Source of the DNA: Myxococcota bacterium
Lineage (GTDB): Bacteria; Myxococcota_A; UBA9160; UBA6930
Direction: 5' to 3'
Assembly: GCA_965223415.1 (NCBI GenBank)
Contig: OZ245002.1
Coordinates: 2,784,001-2,848,000, forward strand
Length of the DNA stretch: 64,000 bases
This document shows positions 31,356-41,178 of this stretch, one piece after another (the first letter of the stretch is position 1; the number at the start of each line of letters is the position of its first letter). A program made the translations under genes and the position numbers. The notes beneath the pieces were generated by a model. That model was not told the DNA's origin. It worked only from the letters and a program-made list of their open reading frames with translations, and ran no database searches.

Positions 31356-32627
31356 CTACACGTGCTCCAGCGCCTGCTCGAGATCCGCGATCAGGTCGCC
31401 CGGGTGTTCGATGCCCACCGAGATGCGGATCATGTCGGGCCCGATGCCGAGGCTCCGCTGCTGATCCGCCGGGACGTCGGCGTGGGTCATACTCGCCGGG
31501 TGCTCGGCGAGAGATTCGGTGCCGCCCAGGCTCACTGCGAGCTTCACGAGCTGGAGCGCGTTCAGGAAACGGAAGGCCTCCTTCTCTCCGCCGTCGATAT
31601 CGAAGGAGATCACCGAGCCGGCGGAGCGGCACTGGCGGTGGTAGACGTCGGCCATCGGATCCTCGGCGCGGGTCGTGCCCAGGTAGTGGATGGCGCGCAC
31701 CTTCGGATGCTCGACCAGGAAGGCGGCCACCTCCTGGGCACCGCGAGCCTGGGCCTGCATGCGCAGGGCCAGGGTCTCGAGGCTGCGCAGCAGGAGCCAG
31801 CCGCTCCAGGGGCCGGCCAGGGTGCCGAGGAAGGTGCGCAGCGCGCGGATCGGCGCGAGCACCCGCCCGCTCCCGAGGGCGGCGCCGGCGATCACATCGC
31901 TGTGGCCGCCGATGAACTTGGTGGCGGAGTAGATCACCAGGTCGGCGCCGTGCTGGAGCGGGTGCTGCCAGAGCGGGCCGAGGAAGGTGTTGTCGACCAT
32001 CACCACGGCGTCGGTGCACTCACCCTTGACCAGCCCGGCGATGCCCTGGATATCGACCAGGGCGTTCGTCGGGTTGGCCGGCGTCTCGATGATGACGGCG
32101 GCGACGCGCTCGCCGGCGATTTTCTCGCGCAGGGCCGGCGCCAGCTCCGCCGTGGGCACGCCGGCCGGGAAGGCGACGCGGCGGATGCCGAACTCGGGAA
32201 GCACCACCCGCAGCAGGTGATCCGTGCCGCCGTAGAGCGGCGCGCTGTGCACGACGACGTCGCCGGGCCTCGCGTGGGCCAGCAGGCTGGTGGCGATGGC
32301 CGCCATGCCGCTCACGAAGACGACGCCTTCCTCCGCGCCGTCCCAGAGCGTCAGACGATCCTCGAGGATCTCGAGGTCCGGGTTGTTCAGCCGGCTGTAG
32401 ATGAGCCCGGGCTCCTCGCCGGGGCCCGGATCTCGCAAGCCGTAGGCCATCTCGAAGAAGGCCTTGCCGGCTTCGGCGCTCTCGAAGACGAAGGTCGACG
32501 TCTGGAAGATGGGGCTCTTCAGCGCGCCTTCCGAGAGCCGCGGGTCGTAGCCGTAGCTCATCATCAGGGTTTCGGGGCGGAGCCTGCGCCCGCCGATGCT
32601 TCGCTCCCGTTCGCGGTCCCGACTCAT
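31356..32627 (-). CDS. Methionine gamma-lyase-like PLP enzyme (Cys/Met metabolism family)
   Basis: PETLMMSYGYDP.LSEG, YSRLNNP, ETPANPT, YSATKFIGGHSD (PLP Lys) and AVSLGGTES motifs. Confidence 0.85.
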   Translation of the reverse strand: MSRDRERERSIGGRRLRPETLMMSYGYDPRLSEGALKSPIFQTSTFVFESAEAGKAFFEMAYGLRDPGPGEEPGLIYSRLNNPDLEILEDRLTLWDGAEEGVVFVSGMAAIATSLLAHARPGDVVVHSAPLYGGTDHLLRVVLPEFGIRRVAFPAGVPTAELAPALREKIAGERVAAVIIETPANPTNALVDIQGIAGLVKGECTDAVVMVDNTFLGPLWQHPLQHGADLVIYSATKFIGGHSDVIAGAALGSGRVLAPIRALRTFLGTLAGPWSGWLLLRSLETLALRMQAQARGAQEVAAFLVEHPKVRAIHYLGTTRAEDPMADVYHRQCRSAGSVISFDIDGGEKEAFRFLNALQLVKLAVSLGGTESLAEHPASMTHADVPADQQRSLGIGPDMIRISVGIEHPGDLIADLEQALEHV

Positions 32628-33247
32628 CGATAGGCCCTCCCGATGGGGTTCTCCGCGTCGGAGCGGCGCGCCTGGGCGATGCAGGCCAGCAGCCGCGCCG
32701 TCGTTCCCTCGAGTGAGCGCAGCGTGTGGGGGAGACGGGAGTCGTAGTAGATGGCGTCGCCGGGGCCCAGGCGATGGACGTCGCCGCCGACCTCCACCTC
32801 GAGCTGACCGGCCAGCAGGAAGAGGAACTCCTCTCCCTCGTGGCTGCTCGGCTGGAGCGGGCGCTCCTGGCCCGGCGGCACCTCGATCAGGAAGGGCGCC
32901 ATCAGCTTCTCGGTCAGCCCGTGGGAGAGCGCGTGGTAGCGGTAGCCGAGGCCCGCCGCCGCGTCGCCGCCGGCGCGCACGCTCCAGCGCTGGTCGGCCC
33001 GCACCACCTCGACGCGCTTCTCGGGCAGCGTCGTCTGGAAGAAGTGGCCGACACTCACGTCGAGCACGCCGGCGAAGCGGACCAGCTCGCCGACGGAAGG
33101 TGCGGCGTCGCCGGACTCGAAGGCCCGGAGCTGCGCCTCCTCGATGCCCGCCTTCTCCGCGAGGCGGGCGACGTCGAGGCCCCGGTCTTCCCGCAGGCGG
33201 CGGATCCTCTCGCCGAGGTTCAGCTCGTGGAAGGCGGCTTCGCTCAT
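32624..33247 (-). CDS. XRE-family HTH / cupin regulator
   Basis: LGERIRRLR HTH; cupin HEGEEF...GDAIYYDSRLPH. Confidence 0.9.
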   Translation of the reverse strand: MSEAAFHELNLGERIRRLREDRGLDVARLAEKAGIEEAQLRAFESGDAAPSVGELVRFAGVLDVSVGHFFQTTLPEKRVEVVRADQRWSVRAGGDAAAGLGYRYHALSHGLTEKLMAPFLIEVPPGQERPLQPSSHEGEEFLFLLAGQLEVEVGGDVHRLGPGDAIYYDSRLPHTLRSLEGTTARLLACIAQARRSDAENPIGRAYR

Positions 33248-34587
33248 GCTCCGTCCTCCGCCCCGGCGTCCGGGAAGACGTCGGGGAAGTCGGCCTGCTC
33301 CAGGATGGCGGCCAGGTCGCGCACGAAGAGCGCGGCGTCCTGTCCATCGGCGATGCGGTGGTCGACGCTCACCGAGAGGTTCATCACTTCCCGGGGTTGC
33401 AGCACGTCGCCGACGTAGCGCGGCAGCGTGCGCACGGCGTTCACGCCGAGGATCGCGACCTCCGGGTGGTTCACGATCGGCGTCGAGACGATTCCGCCCA
33501 GCTTCCCGAGGGAGGTGATGGTGAAGGTGCCACCGCGCAGCTGCGCCGGGACGAGCTTGCCCTCTCGTGCGAGGCCCGCGAGGGAGGCGATCTGGCCCGA
33601 GAGGCTGCGCGTGTCGAGGATCTGGGCGTTCGAGATCACCGGCACGACGAGCCCTTCCTCCGCCGCCACGGCGATCCCCAGATGGACGCGGCCCTTCAGC
33701 ACGATCTCGCCGCGCTCGTCGTCGATGCTGGCGTTGAGCCGTGGATAGCCCGGCAGGACGCGCAGCACGGCGCGGGCGATGAAGGCCAGGGGCGAGAGCT
33801 CCGGGCAGGTTCGCCCGCGGCGGCCCATCAGCTCGCTCACGTCGAGCTCCTCGACGTAGGTGAAGTGGGCGGCGCGGCGCCGGGCCTCCTGCATGTGGCG
33901 GGCGATGGCGCGTCGCACGCCACGGAGCGGCTGGCGCTGCCAGTCGCTGGGATCCGCGGACTCGGTCCTTGGCGTGGCGGGCGCCTGCCGAGCGGGTACG
34001 GCCTCGGCGCTCGCCGGCTCCGCGGACGCTCCGGTCGGCCCTGCGGGAGCCGCTGCGGGGCGGGCAGCCGCCGCCTCCACGTCCCGCCGCATGATCCGTC
34101 CGCCCGGTCCACTGCCCTGCACCGCCGACAGGTCGACGCCCGTGCGTTCGGCCAGGGCGCGTACCGCCGGAACGGCCCGCACACCGTCGGCGGTGCCACC
34201 GGTCGCCTTCTGGCCGGAGACGGGACGGGAAGGCATCGCCGGCGGCTCGCTCGCTCCGGCCGGTGCCGCAGCAGGCGCGGGCGGCGTTGCGACCGGCGGC
34301 GGCGCCGCCCGCACGTCATCCGCCGCGGGTGCCGACGCCGCGGCCGGTGCGGCGCCGTCGTCGATCTCGATCAGCACCTCGCCCACGGGCACGATATCGC
34401 CTTCCGCGTAGCAGAGCTTCGCCACGGTGCCGGCGGCCGGCGACGGGATCTCGACGTTCGCCTTGTCGGTCATCAGCTCGACCAGTACCTGGTCGAGGGC
34501 CACGGCCTCGCCCTCCGTCACCTTCCACTCGACCACCTCGGCCTCGACGACACCTTCACCGATGTCCGGGAGCTTGAAACGGAACAT
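33244..34587 (-). CDS. 2-oxoacid dehydrogenase E2 (dihydrolipoamide acyltransferase)
   Basis: Lipoyl TDKANVEIPSP, E3-binding GSGPGGRI and catalytic DHRIADG motifs. Confidence 0.93.
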   Translation of the reverse strand: MFRFKLPDIGEGVVEAEVVEWKVTEGEAVALDQVLVELMTDKANVEIPSPAAGTVAKLCYAEGDIVPVGEVLIEIDDGAAPAAASAPAADDVRAAPPPVATPPAPAAAPAGASEPPAMPSRPVSGQKATGGTADGVRAVPAVRALAERTGVDLSAVQGSGPGGRIMRRDVEAAAARPAAAPAGPTGASAEPASAEAVPARQAPATPRTESADPSDWQRQPLRGVRRAIARHMQEARRRAAHFTYVEELDVSELMGRRGRTCPELSPLAFIARAVLRVLPGYPRLNASIDDERGEIVLKGRVHLGIAVAAEEGLVVPVISNAQILDTRSLSGQIASLAGLAREGKLVPAQLRGGTFTITSLGKLGGIVSTPIVNHPEVAILGVNAVRTLPRYVGDVLQPREVMNLSVSVDHRIADGQDAALFVRDLAAILEQADFPDVFPDAGAEDGA

Positions 34588-34589
34588 GC

Positions 34590-35573
34590 CTAGTACTCGA
34601 TCGTCTGGGTGAGAGCGCGCAGGATGCGCTCGGCGCTCGGCAGGTAGTGATCCTCGAGGGTGTAGGGGAAGGGCGTGTCGAAGCCCGCGACGCGCTGCAG
34701 CGGCGCCCGCAGGTGATCGAAGGCCTCCGCCTGCACCGCCGCCACCAGCTCAGCGCCGAAGCCGCAGGTCATCGGCGCCTCGTGCACGACCAGCATGCGC
34801 CCGGTCTTGCGCACCGAGCGCAGCAGGGCGTGGAGGTCGTAGGGCACGATGCTCTGCAGGTCGACCAGCTCGACGTCGTAGCCCTCGCCCTCGGCCAGCG
34901 CCGCGGCCTCCTGGCAGGTCTGGAGCATCGCGCCCCAGGCGACCAACGTGGCGTCCTCTCCCTTGCGCACGACCTGGGCGCGCTCCAGCGGGAGGGTGTA
35001 GTAGTCGAGCGGGATCTCCCCCTTGGCGGCACGGTAGATGCGCTTCGGCTCGAGGAAGATCACCGGGTCGTCGCATTCCAGGGCGCCGAGCAGGAGACCC
35101 TTCGCCTCGTAGGGCCCGGAAGGGACGACCACCCGCAGCCCGGGCGTGTGAGCGAAATAGGCCTCCGGGCTCTGGGAGTGGTAGTGGCCGCCACGGATGC
35201 CGCCGCCGTAGGGCGTACGGACGAGCACCCGCGGCACGTATTGCCCGCCGCTCCGATAGCGGTACTTGGCCAGCTCGTTCACGATCTGGTCGAAGGCGGG
35301 AAAGATGAAGTCGGCGAACTGGATCTCGACGATGGGGCGCAGGCCACCCAGGCCCATGCCGATCGCCATGCCGACGATGCCCGCCTCGGCGAGGGGCGTG
35401 TCGAAGACCCGCTCCGAGCCGTACTTCTCCTGGAGACCGGAGGTCACGCGGAACACGCCGCCGAAGTGGCCCACGTCCTCGCCGAGGACCACCGCGGACT
35501 CGTCCCGCTCCATGTACTGGCCCAGCGCGTCATTCAGCGCCTGGATCATGTTCAGCGTGCCGGTCTCGGCCAT
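34590..35573 (-). CDS. 2-oxoacid dehydrogenase E1 beta (BCKDH type)
   Basis: GEDVG..GGVFR, FDTPLAE, EIQFADF and HSQSPE motifs. Confidence 0.93.
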   Translation of the reverse strand: MAETGTLNMIQALNDALGQYMERDESAVVLGEDVGHFGGVFRVTSGLQEKYGSERVFDTPLAEAGIVGMAIGMGLGGLRPIVEIQFADFIFPAFDQIVNELAKYRYRSGGQYVPRVLVRTPYGGGIRGGHYHSQSPEAYFAHTPGLRVVVPSGPYEAKGLLLGALECDDPVIFLEPKRIYRAAKGEIPLDYYTLPLERAQVVRKGEDATLVAWGAMLQTCQEAAALAEGEGYDVELVDLQSIVPYDLHALLRSVRKTGRMLVVHEAPMTCGFGAELVAAVQAEAFDHLRAPLQRVAGFDTPFPYTLEDHYLPSAERILRALTQTIEY

Positions 35574-35576
35574 CGC

Positions 35577-36701
35577 CTAGGGAACCTCGTAGTCGCTCTG
35601 CTGGCGGCGCCGGTGCTCGGCGAGGTAGGCGTCGCGCTGGGCCTCGAGCTGGGGGGAGACGGTCTCGAGCACGCCTTCGAAGAGACTCTCCACCCGCGGC
35701 GGCGGATGGCGCTCGCATTCTGCGAGGGTGGCGACGACGCGCTCGTCCCAGCTCGCGTTCGCCGCGGCGGCGTCCTCCTCGCTCCAGATCCCGCGCCAGA
35801 GGGCGTGGCGCTCGAGGCGCAGGTAGGGATCGAGCCGGTTCCAGGCCTCTGCCTCCTCGTCGGAGCGGTAGGCGCTCGGATCGTCGGCGGTGGAGTGGGC
35901 GCCCATGCGATAGGTCATCGCCTCCACCAGGGTCGGCCCGTCGCCAGAGCGCGCGCGGGCCGCGGCCTCGCGCAGCACGTGCACGACGGCCAGCAGGTCG
36001 TTGCCGTCCACCTGGAAGCCGGGCATCCCGTAGCCTTCCGCGCGAGCCGCCAGGCTCTCGGCGGCGGTCTGCACCGACTCCGGTGTCGAGATCGCATAAC
36101 CGTTGTTGCGGATGACGAAGACACTCGGCGTCGCGAACACGCCAGCGAAGTTGAGGGCGGTGTGGAAATCCCCTTGGGAGGCGGTGCCCTCGCCGCAGAA
36201 CGCGAGCGCCACCTGGCCGGTGCCGCGCAGCTTGGCCGCATAGCCGAAGCCCGTCGCGTGGGGAAGCTGGGTGCCGACCGGCGACGAGACCGACGGGATC
36301 GCCCACTCCTTGTAGCAGTAGTGGACGGGCATCTGGCGCCCGAGGCACAGATCGCGGCTGTTGCCGATGAGCTGGTTGAAGATCATCGGCAGCGGGATGC
36401 GGCGCCAGAGCAGGCAGCCCAGCTCCCGGTAGGAGAGGAAGATCGGGTCCTCGGCCTCCAGGGAGGCGGCGGCGCCGAGGATCGTCGCCTCCTCGCCGCG
36501 ACTGGTCATCCAGAAGCCGAGCCGGCCCTGGCGCTGGAGCATCAGGAGGCGCCGATCGAGGATCCGGTTCAGGATCATCGCGTCGAGGGCATGGCGCACC
36601 TCGTCGTCCGTGAGGAGCGCGCGGTACGCGTCCTCGCAGCTCCCATCCTCGTTCAGGATCGAGAACGGCGGCGGCCCGGTCACATGCACCCCCTGAAGCA
36701 C
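35577..36701 (-). CDS. 2-oxoacid dehydrogenase E1 alpha (BCKDH type)
   Basis: RQGR, GRQMPVH, TPP motif GEGTASQGDF...NN and HSTADDP. Confidence 0.92.
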   Translation of the reverse strand: MLQGVHVTGPPPFSILNEDGSCEDAYRALLTDDEVRHALDAMILNRILDRRLLMLQRQGRLGFWMTSRGEEATILGAAASLEAEDPIFLSYRELGCLLWRRIPLPMIFNQLIGNSRDLCLGRQMPVHYCYKEWAIPSVSSPVGTQLPHATGFGYAAKLRGTGQVALAFCGEGTASQGDFHTALNFAGVFATPSVFVIRNNGYAISTPESVQTAAESLAARAEGYGMPGFQVDGNDLLAVVHVLREAAARARSGDGPTLVEAMTYRMGAHSTADDPSAYRSDEEAEAWNRLDPYLRLERHALWRGIWSEEDAAAANASWDERVVATLAECERHPPPRVESLFEGVLETVSPQLEAQRDAYLAEHRRRQQSDYEVP

Positions 36702-36788
36702 CAGCCAGTATAGGAACCGTCTACTAGGACGATCGGACGGTCGCCTGCGTTCCTGAAGCCGGGTGGGTGAATCTCCCCACCTCCCGGA

Positions 36789-37349
36789 TCAGGCTCCGGG
36801 GTCGAGGCTCCACCAGTGGAGCGCGGCGATGACGAGGGCGTGGTCGATCTCGCCGCGGCGCAGGCGATCGGGCACCTCGGCCCGGGGCACGAGCTCGACG
36901 GCCGTCTCCTCGAGGCCCGGGTTCACCACGTCGCCGACCCGGGCGCAGCCTTCCGCCAGGTAGGTGAAGACCCGGTTGCCGAACAGCGCCGGGTTCGGGT
37001 TGACGTCGCCGAGCGGGCGCACGCGGCCGGCCCGGTAGCCCGTCTCCTCGTGGAGCTCGCGGGCCGCCGCTTCCGCCGGCTCCTCCCCGGGATCGACGAC
37101 GCCGCCCGGGATCTCCAGGGTGAAGGTCCGGGAGCCGTGACGGAACTGGCGGATCATCACGACCTCGCCGGCGTTGGTGACCGGCACGACGTTCACCCAG
37201 GCGTCCGCGTCGATCCGGTAGAAGGGATGGGAGCGCCCGTCGGGAACGCGCACCCAGCTCCGGCTCACCTGGAAGACAGCGCAGTCGGCGAGGTGCTCGC
37301 GGCCGAGCTGCGGCCAGTGGCGAAGGCCTTGAGGGGGCTTCTGCGGCAT
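36789..37349 (-). CDS. NUDIX hydrolase (ADP-ribose pyrophosphatase-like)
   Basis: Nudix box GGVVDPGEEPAEAAARELHEETGY. Confidence 0.92.
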   Translation of the reverse strand: MPQKPPQGLRHWPQLGREHLADCAVFQVSRSWVRVPDGRSHPFYRIDADAWVNVVPVTNAGEVVMIRQFRHGSRTFTLEIPGGVVDPGEEPAEAAARELHEETGYRAGRVRPLGDVNPNPALFGNRVFTYLAEGCARVGDVVNPGLEETAVELVPRAEVPDRLRRGEIDHALVIAALHWWSLDPGA

Positions 37350-37430
37350 CGGCGCAGGGTAGCAATGCACTCCGGTCGCCAGTGGTGCACCGCAGACGCC
37401 GTGCAGTAGGTGCAGTACGCTCCGCGCCCC

Positions 37431-39488
37431 ATGACGGCGCAAGCGGCGGGGATCGAGGGGAAGGGGCGGCGCGGTGGCCAGCTCTTCATGGTGGGCGTCG
37501 CGATCGCTTGCGGCCTGGCCGGCGCACTGGGCGCCGTCGTCTTCCGCCTACTGATCCGGCTGTTCCAGGGCCTGTTCTTCGGCGGGCCAGCGGGCGTGGC
37601 CGAGGTGCTCGAGGAGGGCCTGCTCGCCGAGGCGGGCGATCCCCGCGCCGTCGCGCGGACCCTGGCGCCCCACGTGCTCGTGTGGATCCCGGCCCTCGGC
37701 GGCCTGATCGTCGGGCCGCTCGTCTACTTCCTCGCTCGGGAGGCGAAAGGACACGGCGTCCCGGAGGTGATGCACGCGGTGGCGCTGCGCGGCGGCGTGA
37801 TCCGCACGCGCATCGTCGCCGTGAAGACCGTCGCCTCGGCGATCTCGATCGGCTCCGGCGGGTCGGTGGGGCGCGAGGGACCGATCGTGCAGATCGGCTC
37901 GGCGATCGGCTCGGTCATCGGCCAGGCCCTGAACGTGCCGGCGCGGCAGCTGCGCACCATTGTCGGCTGCGGCGCCGCGGCGGGGATCGCAGCCACCTTC
38001 AACGCGCCGATCGCGGGCGCGCTCTTCGCCGTCGAAGTGATCGTCGGCGACTTCGCCGTCACCCAGTTCAGCCCGATCGTCATCTCGGCGGTGGTCGCCA
38101 CCGTGGCCTCCCGCTATCTGCTCGGGAACCACCCGGCCTTCGTCGTGCCGGAGTTCGAGCTGCAGGGCCCCCTCGAGCTCTTCCCGTGCATGGTGGTCGG
38201 CGTCCTGGCGGGCGTGGTCGGCACCGCCTTCGTGCGCGTGCTCTACTTCACCGACGACGTCTTCGAGCGCGTGCCTGCTCCCGAGTGGACCCGCGCGGCC
38301 ATGGGCGGCCTGATCATCGGGGGCATCGGCGTCTTCTTCCCGCACATCCTGGGAGTCGGCTACAGCACGATCGGCGACGCGCTCACCGGGAGCCTCCCGA
38401 TCGCGATGCTGGGCGTGCTCCTGGGTGTGAAGATCCTCGCCACCTCGATCACCATCGGCTCCGGCGGGTCGGGCGGCGTGTTCGCGCCCTCCCTCTTCCT
38501 CGGGGCCATGACCGGCGGGCTCTTCGGCAAGCTGCTCCAACAATGGTACCCGCTGCAGACCTCCGAATCCGGCGCCTACGCCCTCATCACGATGGGTGCG
38601 ATGGTCGCGGCGACCACCCACGCCCCGTTGTCGGCGATCATCATCATCTTCGAGCTCACCCAGACCATCGACATCATCCCTCCGGTGATGGCCGCCTGTG
38701 TACTCTCGAGCCTGGTGGCAATGTTCCTCTCGAAGGACTCGATCTACACCGCCAAGCTTCGCCGCCGCGGCATCGACCTTCACGAGACCGACGATCCGAA
38801 CGTCCTGAAGAGCCTCTACGTGCGCGACATCGTCGACCGCGAGCCCGGCGTGCTTCCGGTGTCGGCGGGGCTCCAGGAGATCTTGACGATGATCGTCGAG
38901 ACGAACCGCACCGAGATCTTCGTCGTTGACGAGGGCGGAAGACTGATGGGCGCCGTCTACTTCTCCGAGCTCCGGCGGGTGCTCCTCGAGCAGGACCACC
39001 TGCGCGCCCTGGTCGTCGCCGGCGATCTGCTGGAGGCCGGCCGGCCGACGGTCACGCTGGACGACGACCTCGACCGGGTGATGCAGATCCTGACCAGTGA
39101 GCAGGTGGAGGAGATCGCGGTGGTGGAGCGCGACGATCCCCAGCAGCTCGTGGGGAGCGTGGCGCGGCGCGACGTGATGCACGCCTACAACCAGGAGCTG
39201 ATGCGGCGGGACCTGGCCGGCGGCGTGGCGACGACCGTGGGCGTGGTGGATCGCGTGCACCAGGTCGACCTGGGTGGCGGCTACTTCATGAAGGAAGTGC
39301 TGGCGCCGAGCCAGCACCACGGCCGCTCGCTCAAGCAGCTCGACCTGCGCAGCCAGGCGGGCGTCCAGGTGCTCCTGGTACGCTCGTCGGGCGGCGGCGT
39401 GCGTGTGCCGGGCCCGGACGACGTGCTCGAGCCCGGCGACCGCCTGGTGTGCGCGGGCCCGAAGAGCTCGATCGACGCACTCGAATGA
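37431..39488 (+). CDS. ClC chloride channel/antiporter with CBS pair and TrkA-C domain
   Basis: GHGVPE, GREGP, FNAPIAG and GGVFAP motifs; C-terminal CBS and RCK_C-like segments. Confidence 0.93.
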   Translation: MTAQAAGIEGKGRRGGQLFMVGVAIACGLAGALGAVVFRLLIRLFQGLFFGGPAGVAEVLEEGLLAEAGDPRAVARTLAPHVLVWIPALGGLIVGPLVYFLAREAKGHGVPEVMHAVALRGGVIRTRIVAVKTVASAISIGSGGSVGREGPIVQIGSAIGSVIGQALNVPARQLRTIVGCGAAAGIAATFNAPIAGALFAVEVIVGDFAVTQFSPIVISAVVATVASRYLLGNHPAFVVPEFELQGPLELFPCMVVGVLAGVVGTAFVRVLYFTDDVFERVPAPEWTRAAMGGLIIGGIGVFFPHILGVGYSTIGDALTGSLPIAMLGVLLGVKILATSITIGSGGSGGVFAPSLFLGAMTGGLFGKLLQQWYPLQTSESGAYALITMGAMVAATTHAPLSAIIIIFELTQTIDIIPPVMAACVLSSLVAMFLSKDSIYTAKLRRRGIDLHETDDPNVLKSLYVRDIVDREPGVLPVSAGLQEILTMIVETNRTEIFVVDEGGRLMGAVYFSELRRVLLEQDHLRALVVAGDLLEAGRPTVTLDDDLDRVMQILTSEQVEEIAVVERDDPQQLVGSVARRDVMHAYNQELMRRDLAGGVATTVGVVDRVHQVDLGGGYFMKEVLAPSQHHGRSLKQLDLRSQAGVQVLLVRSSGGGVRVPGPDDVLEPGDRLVCAGPKSSIDALE

Positions 39489-39506
39489 CGCGAAGGAGTC
39501 CCGGGC

Positions 39507-41111
39507 ATGATCCACCAGATCCGCGGCTGGGTGATGCCGATCCTCGTGCTCCTGCTGGCGCTCTGCGCGGGCCTCGGCTGGGGCCTCGACTGGCTCGCGG
39601 CGCGGGTGGCGGCGTTTCCGATCGGCGCGCTCGTCCTGCTCGGGACCCACGATCTCGTCCAGGGTCGCCACAGCATCCTGCGCAACTTCCCCGTGCTGGG
39701 CCATCTGCGCTTCCTGCTCGAGGACGTGGGACCGGAGCTCCGGCAGTACGTCGTGGAGCACAACACCGAGGGGCGGCCCTTCAATCGCGACCAGCGGTCG
39801 CTCATCTACCAGCGCTCGAAGGGGCTCCTCGACAAGAAGCCCTTCGGCACGGAGCTGGACGTCTACGAGGAGGGGCACCACTGGCTGACGCATTCGCTCG
39901 CGGCCGTGCCACCGACGCCGAACGCGGAGAAGGCGTTGCGCGTGGAGGTCGGAGGCCCCGCCTGCACGCAGCCCTACTCGGCCTCGTTCTTCAACGTGTC
40001 GGCGATGAGCTTCGGCTCGCTCTCGTCCCGCGCGATTCTCGCGCTGAACGAGGGCGCGCGACGCGGCGGCTTCGCTCACAACACGGGAGAGGGCGGCGTC
40101 AGCCGCTACCACCTGGAGCCGGGCGGCGATCTGGTCTGGCAGGTCGGCACCGGCTATTTCGGCTGCCGCCGCGCCGACGGCCGGTTCGACCCGGAGCGCT
40201 TCCGCGCCGAGGCGGCTCACGAGAGCGTGCGGATGATCGAGCTGAAGCTCTCCCAGGGGGCGAAGCCGGGGCACGGCGGCATCCTGCCCGGTCCGAAGGT
40301 GACGAGGGAGATCGCCGAGGCGCGGGACGTTCCGCCGGGAGTCGACTGCATCTCTCCGCCGAGCCACCCGGCCTTCGACGGACCGACCGGACTGCTCGAG
40401 TTCGTAGCCGAGCTGCGAACCCTCGCGGCGGGCAAGCCCGTGGGCGTCAAGCTGGCGATCGGTCGGCCCGTCGAGTTCATGGCCGTCTGCCGCGCGATCC
40501 ACGAGACCGGCCTCGCCCCGGACTTCGTTGTCGTCGACGGCGGCGAGGGCGGAACCGGCGCGGCGCCGATCGAGTTCTCGGATCACATGGGCATGCCCGT
40601 CCTCGAGGCGATCGTGCTGGTGCACAACGCGCTGGTCGGCATCGGCGCCCGGCGCGACGTGCGGGTGTTCGCGGCCGGCAAGCTCGTCACCTCGATCGGC
40701 CTCGCCCACGCGGCCGCGCTCGGCGCCGACGGCGTCAGCTCGGCGCGCGGCTTCATGCTGGCGCTGGGCTGCATCCAGGCCCAGCGCTGCCACATGAACA
40801 GCTGCCCGGTCGGCGTCGCGACCCAGGATCGCCGCCTCTCCCGCGCCCTCCGGGTCGCCGACAAGGCCCTTCGCGTGGAGCGCTTCCACTCCACCACCCT
40901 GAAGGCGCTGGCCGAGGTCGTCGGCGCCGCCGGCCTCTCGCACCCGAGGGAGCTGCAGCCCGAGCACGTGTACCAGCGCGTCAGCCCCTGGGAGATCCGC
41001 CCCCTCTCCGCCCTCTACCCGTCGCTCCCGGAAGGCGCCCTCGTCCAGGGCAAGGCCCACGGCTTCCTCCGCGAAGCCTGGGACGCGGCCAGCGCCACCT
41101 CCTTCCGATGA
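39507..41111 (+). CDS. FMN-binding glutamate synthase family protein
   Basis: SAMSFGSLS, NTGEGG, KLSQGAKPGHGG, DGGEGGTGAAP and CIQAQRCHMNSCP motifs. Confidence 0.92.
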   Translation: MIHQIRGWVMPILVLLLALCAGLGWGLDWLAARVAAFPIGALVLLGTHDLVQGRHSILRNFPVLGHLRFLLEDVGPELRQYVVEHNTEGRPFNRDQRSLIYQRSKGLLDKKPFGTELDVYEEGHHWLTHSLAAVPPTPNAEKALRVEVGGPACTQPYSASFFNVSAMSFGSLSSRAILALNEGARRGGFAHNTGEGGVSRYHLEPGGDLVWQVGTGYFGCRRADGRFDPERFRAEAAHESVRMIELKLSQGAKPGHGGILPGPKVTREIAEARDVPPGVDCISPPSHPAFDGPTGLLEFVAELRTLAAGKPVGVKLAIGRPVEFMAVCRAIHETGLAPDFVVVDGGEGGTGAAPIEFSDHMGMPVLEAIVLVHNALVGIGARRDVRVFAAGKLVTSIGLAHAAALGADGVSSARGFMLALGCIQAQRCHMNSCPVGVATQDRRLSRALRVADKALRVERFHSTTLKALAEVVGAAGLSHPRELQPEHVYQRVSPWEIRPLSALYPSLPEGALVQGKAHGFLREAWDAASATSFR

Positions 41112-41178
41112 AGAAACGGGGCCAGAGTTAAGAATTCAGTTTCTCCGAAACTGAATTCTTAACTCTGGCCCCGTTTCT
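41112..41178. repeat. Perfect palindrome with 32-bp arms (REP/MITE-like), copy 2
   Basis: agaaacggggccagagttaagaattcagtttc-tcc-reverse complement, lying between convergent stops. Confidence 0.9.
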
